From Lachnospiraceae bacterium (GTDB lineage Bacteria; Bacillota; Clostridia; Lachnospirales; Lachnospiraceae), in the NCBI GenBank assembly GCA_045617405.1, contig JAZLIL010000081.1, forward strand, positions 1-59,931: a DNA stretch of 59,931 bases. The letters are read 5' to 3'. A program made the position numbers and the translations under genes. Below are positions 59,761-59,931 of this stretch, piece after piece. The notes under the pieces were generated by a model, which was not told the DNA's origin, ran no database searches, and saw only the letters and a list, made by a program, of their open reading frames with translations. The first letter of the stretch is position 1; the number at the start of each line of letters is the position of its first letter.

Positions 59761-59846
59761 TAATACGCACATGTCATGACTGCGGAAACGCAAAAGTATG
59801 ACAGTAAACGAAAGTGTTGAGCATTTTTTGACGAGGAGAAAAGAAT

Positions 59847-59931
59847 ATGAACGATAAACAATGGGAAATTGTAAAGGCCTGCGCAAGATGTGAGGCTATG
59901 GAGCGGATTCCGGTGGGACTGATTGTTGACA
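59847..59931 (+). CDS. 3'-truncated ORF of unknown function (possibly another URO-D-like protein)
   Basis: ATG 59847 follows GAGGAG. MNDKQWEIVKACARCEAMERIPVGLIVD... runs to the window end. Confidence 0.35.
   Translation, partial: MNDKQWEIVKACARCEAMERIPVGLIVD

Overview
Hand annotation only: no BLAST, HMM or folding was run. Product calls rest on motifs I recognise in the supplied translations, and coordinates were hand-counted. The window looks like a chromosomal segment of a moderate-GC Firmicute, probably a Clostridia-type gut or rumen anaerobe, judging from strong GGAGG-type Shine-Dalgarno (SD) sites, a T-box, an FMN riboswitch, BspA-type leucine-rich-repeat (LRR) surface proteins and TRAP/uronate genes.

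Gene content, in order:
- Distal part of the F1Fo ATP synthase operon (delta, alpha, gamma, beta, epsilon).
- Small metabolic genes: URO-D family, nitroreductase, 3-hydroxyacyl-CoA dehydrogenase.
- An aromatic amino-acid block (aroF-tyrA-aroB).
- A GT2 glycosyltransferase and a fused amino-acid ABC transporter.
- rlmI, cheY, surE and two HAD phosphatases.
- MaoC dehydratase, FMN-riboswitch-controlled ribU and a flavodoxin-like reductase.
- A methyl-accepting chemotaxis protein (MCP), an XRE-like regulator, an O-antigen-ligase-family protein next to an LRR surface protein, and a LytTR protein next to a PEPEP-repeat protein.
- T-box(Trp)-trpB-proC.
- A Cd/Zn-type P1B ATPase operon (HMA chaperone, ATPase, ArsR), an EamA transporter, malQ and miaA.
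- A complete hexuronate/pectin-degradation regulon: eda, cupin, gntR, uxuA, uxuB, TRAP dctPQM, uxaB, uxaA, uxaC, kduD, kduI, kdgK.

I saw no rRNA, tRNA, CRISPR array, transposase, integrase, reverse transcriptase or recognisable defence or toxin genes.

The unusual signals are mostly not extra genes:
1. A structured ~150-nt repeat family donates the same C-terminal tail and stop codon to two unrelated genes. One copy appears to split atpH.
2. The ATP synthase ORFs are fused in frame: delta-C to alpha, and gamma to beta.
3. Diverged tandem duplications of gene 3' ends and intergenic junctions (38-67 nt units, plus one 139-nt arm duplication) occur at 9 or more loci, which is a remarkable density.
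4. A palindromic TAACATGTTA operator marks the uronate regulon.

All of these need read-level and comparative checks. None is proven to be a new system.
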